DNA of 64,000 nucleotides from an uncultured Verrucomicrobiota bacterium (GTDB lineage Bacteria; Verrucomicrobiota; Verrucomicrobiia; Opitutales; UBA9783): NCBI GenBank assembly GCA_946186275.1, contig CAMHMO010000004.1, positions 20,616 to 84,615 of the forward strand, read 5' to 3'. Shown piece by piece: positions 63,297 to 64,000 of this stretch (position 1 is its first letter; each line of letters starts with the position of its first letter). The notes under the pieces were generated by a model. It saw only the letters and a program-made list of their open reading frames with translations, ran no database searches and was not told where the DNA came from. The position numbers and the translations under genes were made by a program.

Positions 63297-64000
63297 CTAG
63301 AACAGCGCGCTTGCGGCGGCACCGACCGCCGTGACGGGTCCGGAATTGGAAACGCTGTTGACGGCACCGTCGACTTTATCCAGCGCAGCTTCGGCTTTTT
63401 TGTACAGCGAATCATCGGAAATAATCCGTCCCAGCGTACTGTGTTCGTTGTTGAGGCGGGCGGAAAATTCCTTCAAATTTTTCATCATGGTGTTTGAATT
63501 TTCCATCAACGTATCGAACGATTGCGAAGTTTTCGGATCGTAAAGCAACTTTCCGACAAGCCCCCGTCCGCCTTGTACGTCCTTTGCAATATCCGACAGT
63601 GATTGGATCATTTCATTGAATTGTTTATAGGCGTGTTCGTCGTAAATCAGCTTCCCCAACGTGCCCTGACCTTCGGCAACGTGTTGCGTGATCGTGTTGA
63701 CGTTTTGGGTGATTTCGGAGCAGTTGTCGATGATTTTTGAGAATTTTTCGCGATTGTTTTTGAAAAAATCGCCGATGTCCCGCAGACCGCCGAAAAGATT
63801 GTCACCGATGTCCTCCCCGTCGAAATTTGCCAAAATGCGATCCAGGCGTTCGCCGACGGAACCGAATTTTTGAAGCATGGCACCGACATCGATCGGATTT
63901 TGTGTTTTGAGTTTTTCGTTCGGTTGCAACGGATGCGGGTTGTTTCCGGGAAGAATGGCGATGTAGTTGGCACCGAGCAGTCCCGCCATGGAGATGGTGG
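63297..64000 (-). CDS. MCE/MlaD-family protein, N-terminus beyond the window
   Basis: The frame stays open upstream of the track's Met (..TISMAGLLGANYIAILPG is the end of the MCE domain). It has repeated GTLGKLIYDE / GLVGKLLYDP / STLGRIISDD helical motifs typical of MlaD-like proteins. Confidence 0.7.
   Translation of the reverse strand, partial: TISMAGLLGANYIAILPGNNPHPLQPNEKLKTQNPIDVGAMLQKFGSVGERLDRILANFDGEDIGDNLFGGLRDIGDFFKNNREKFSKIIDNCSEITQNVNTITQHVAEGQGTLGKLIYDEHAYKQFNEMIQSLSDIAKDVQGGRGLVGKLLYDPKTSQSFDTLMENSNTMMKNLKEFSARLNNEHSTLGRIISDDSLYKKAEAALDKVDGAVNSVSNSGPVTAVGAAASALF

Overview
The window is a gene-dense bacterial chromosome segment with about 50 protein genes, 3 tRNAs and a probable SRP RNA. 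I saw no rRNA, CRISPR array or recognisable transposase. The backbone is housekeeping. It includes replication and translation genes (gyrB, gyrA, infA, rpmB, frr, pyrH, prmC, proS, tgt), anaerobic and fermentative carbon metabolism (PPi-type pfk, gapA, class I aldolase, D-lactate dehydrogenase, glgC, rpe, nrdDG) and Gram-negative envelope/LPS functions (kdsB, gmhA-like, lptD, lptE-like, msbA-like ABC exporter, GT2 enzymes, glmS, MlaD/MCE, a beta-barrel OMP, several lipoproteins). Three pilin-like proteins have a G|F..xE prepilin N-terminus, and one also has a C-terminal 'ADGHV' motif. This suggests a PVC-superphylum-like anaerobe, which is a low-confidence inference. The most interesting signal is a dispersed family of at least five hydrophilic proteins without signal peptides. 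Most begin 'MS' plus an N/S/T/Q-rich stretch, and all carry a His...(E/S/H)G-x(1-3)-F(F) motif at residues about 60-85. They share this ~80-aa N-terminal module but have unrelated C-terminal regions, one of which is an OTU-type cysteine protease (deubiquitinase-like). This looks like a modular secreted-effector family, and an orphan FliO-like export-apparatus gene lies in the same window. Other notable items:
- Two stand-alone ABC-ATPase genes with PrrC/HEPN-like C-termini, each next to tRNA genes.
- NrdD fused to a thioredoxin-like CxxC domain through a Cys-rich 'ACGCG' linker, with a similar motif at the N-terminus of a peroxiredoxin.
- Sigma70-like promoters abutting the start codons of glycolytic genes.
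- Three simple-sequence tracts: G14, (TTCC)7 and a 13-mer repeated about 4.7 times.
- A frameshifted lipoprotein paralog.
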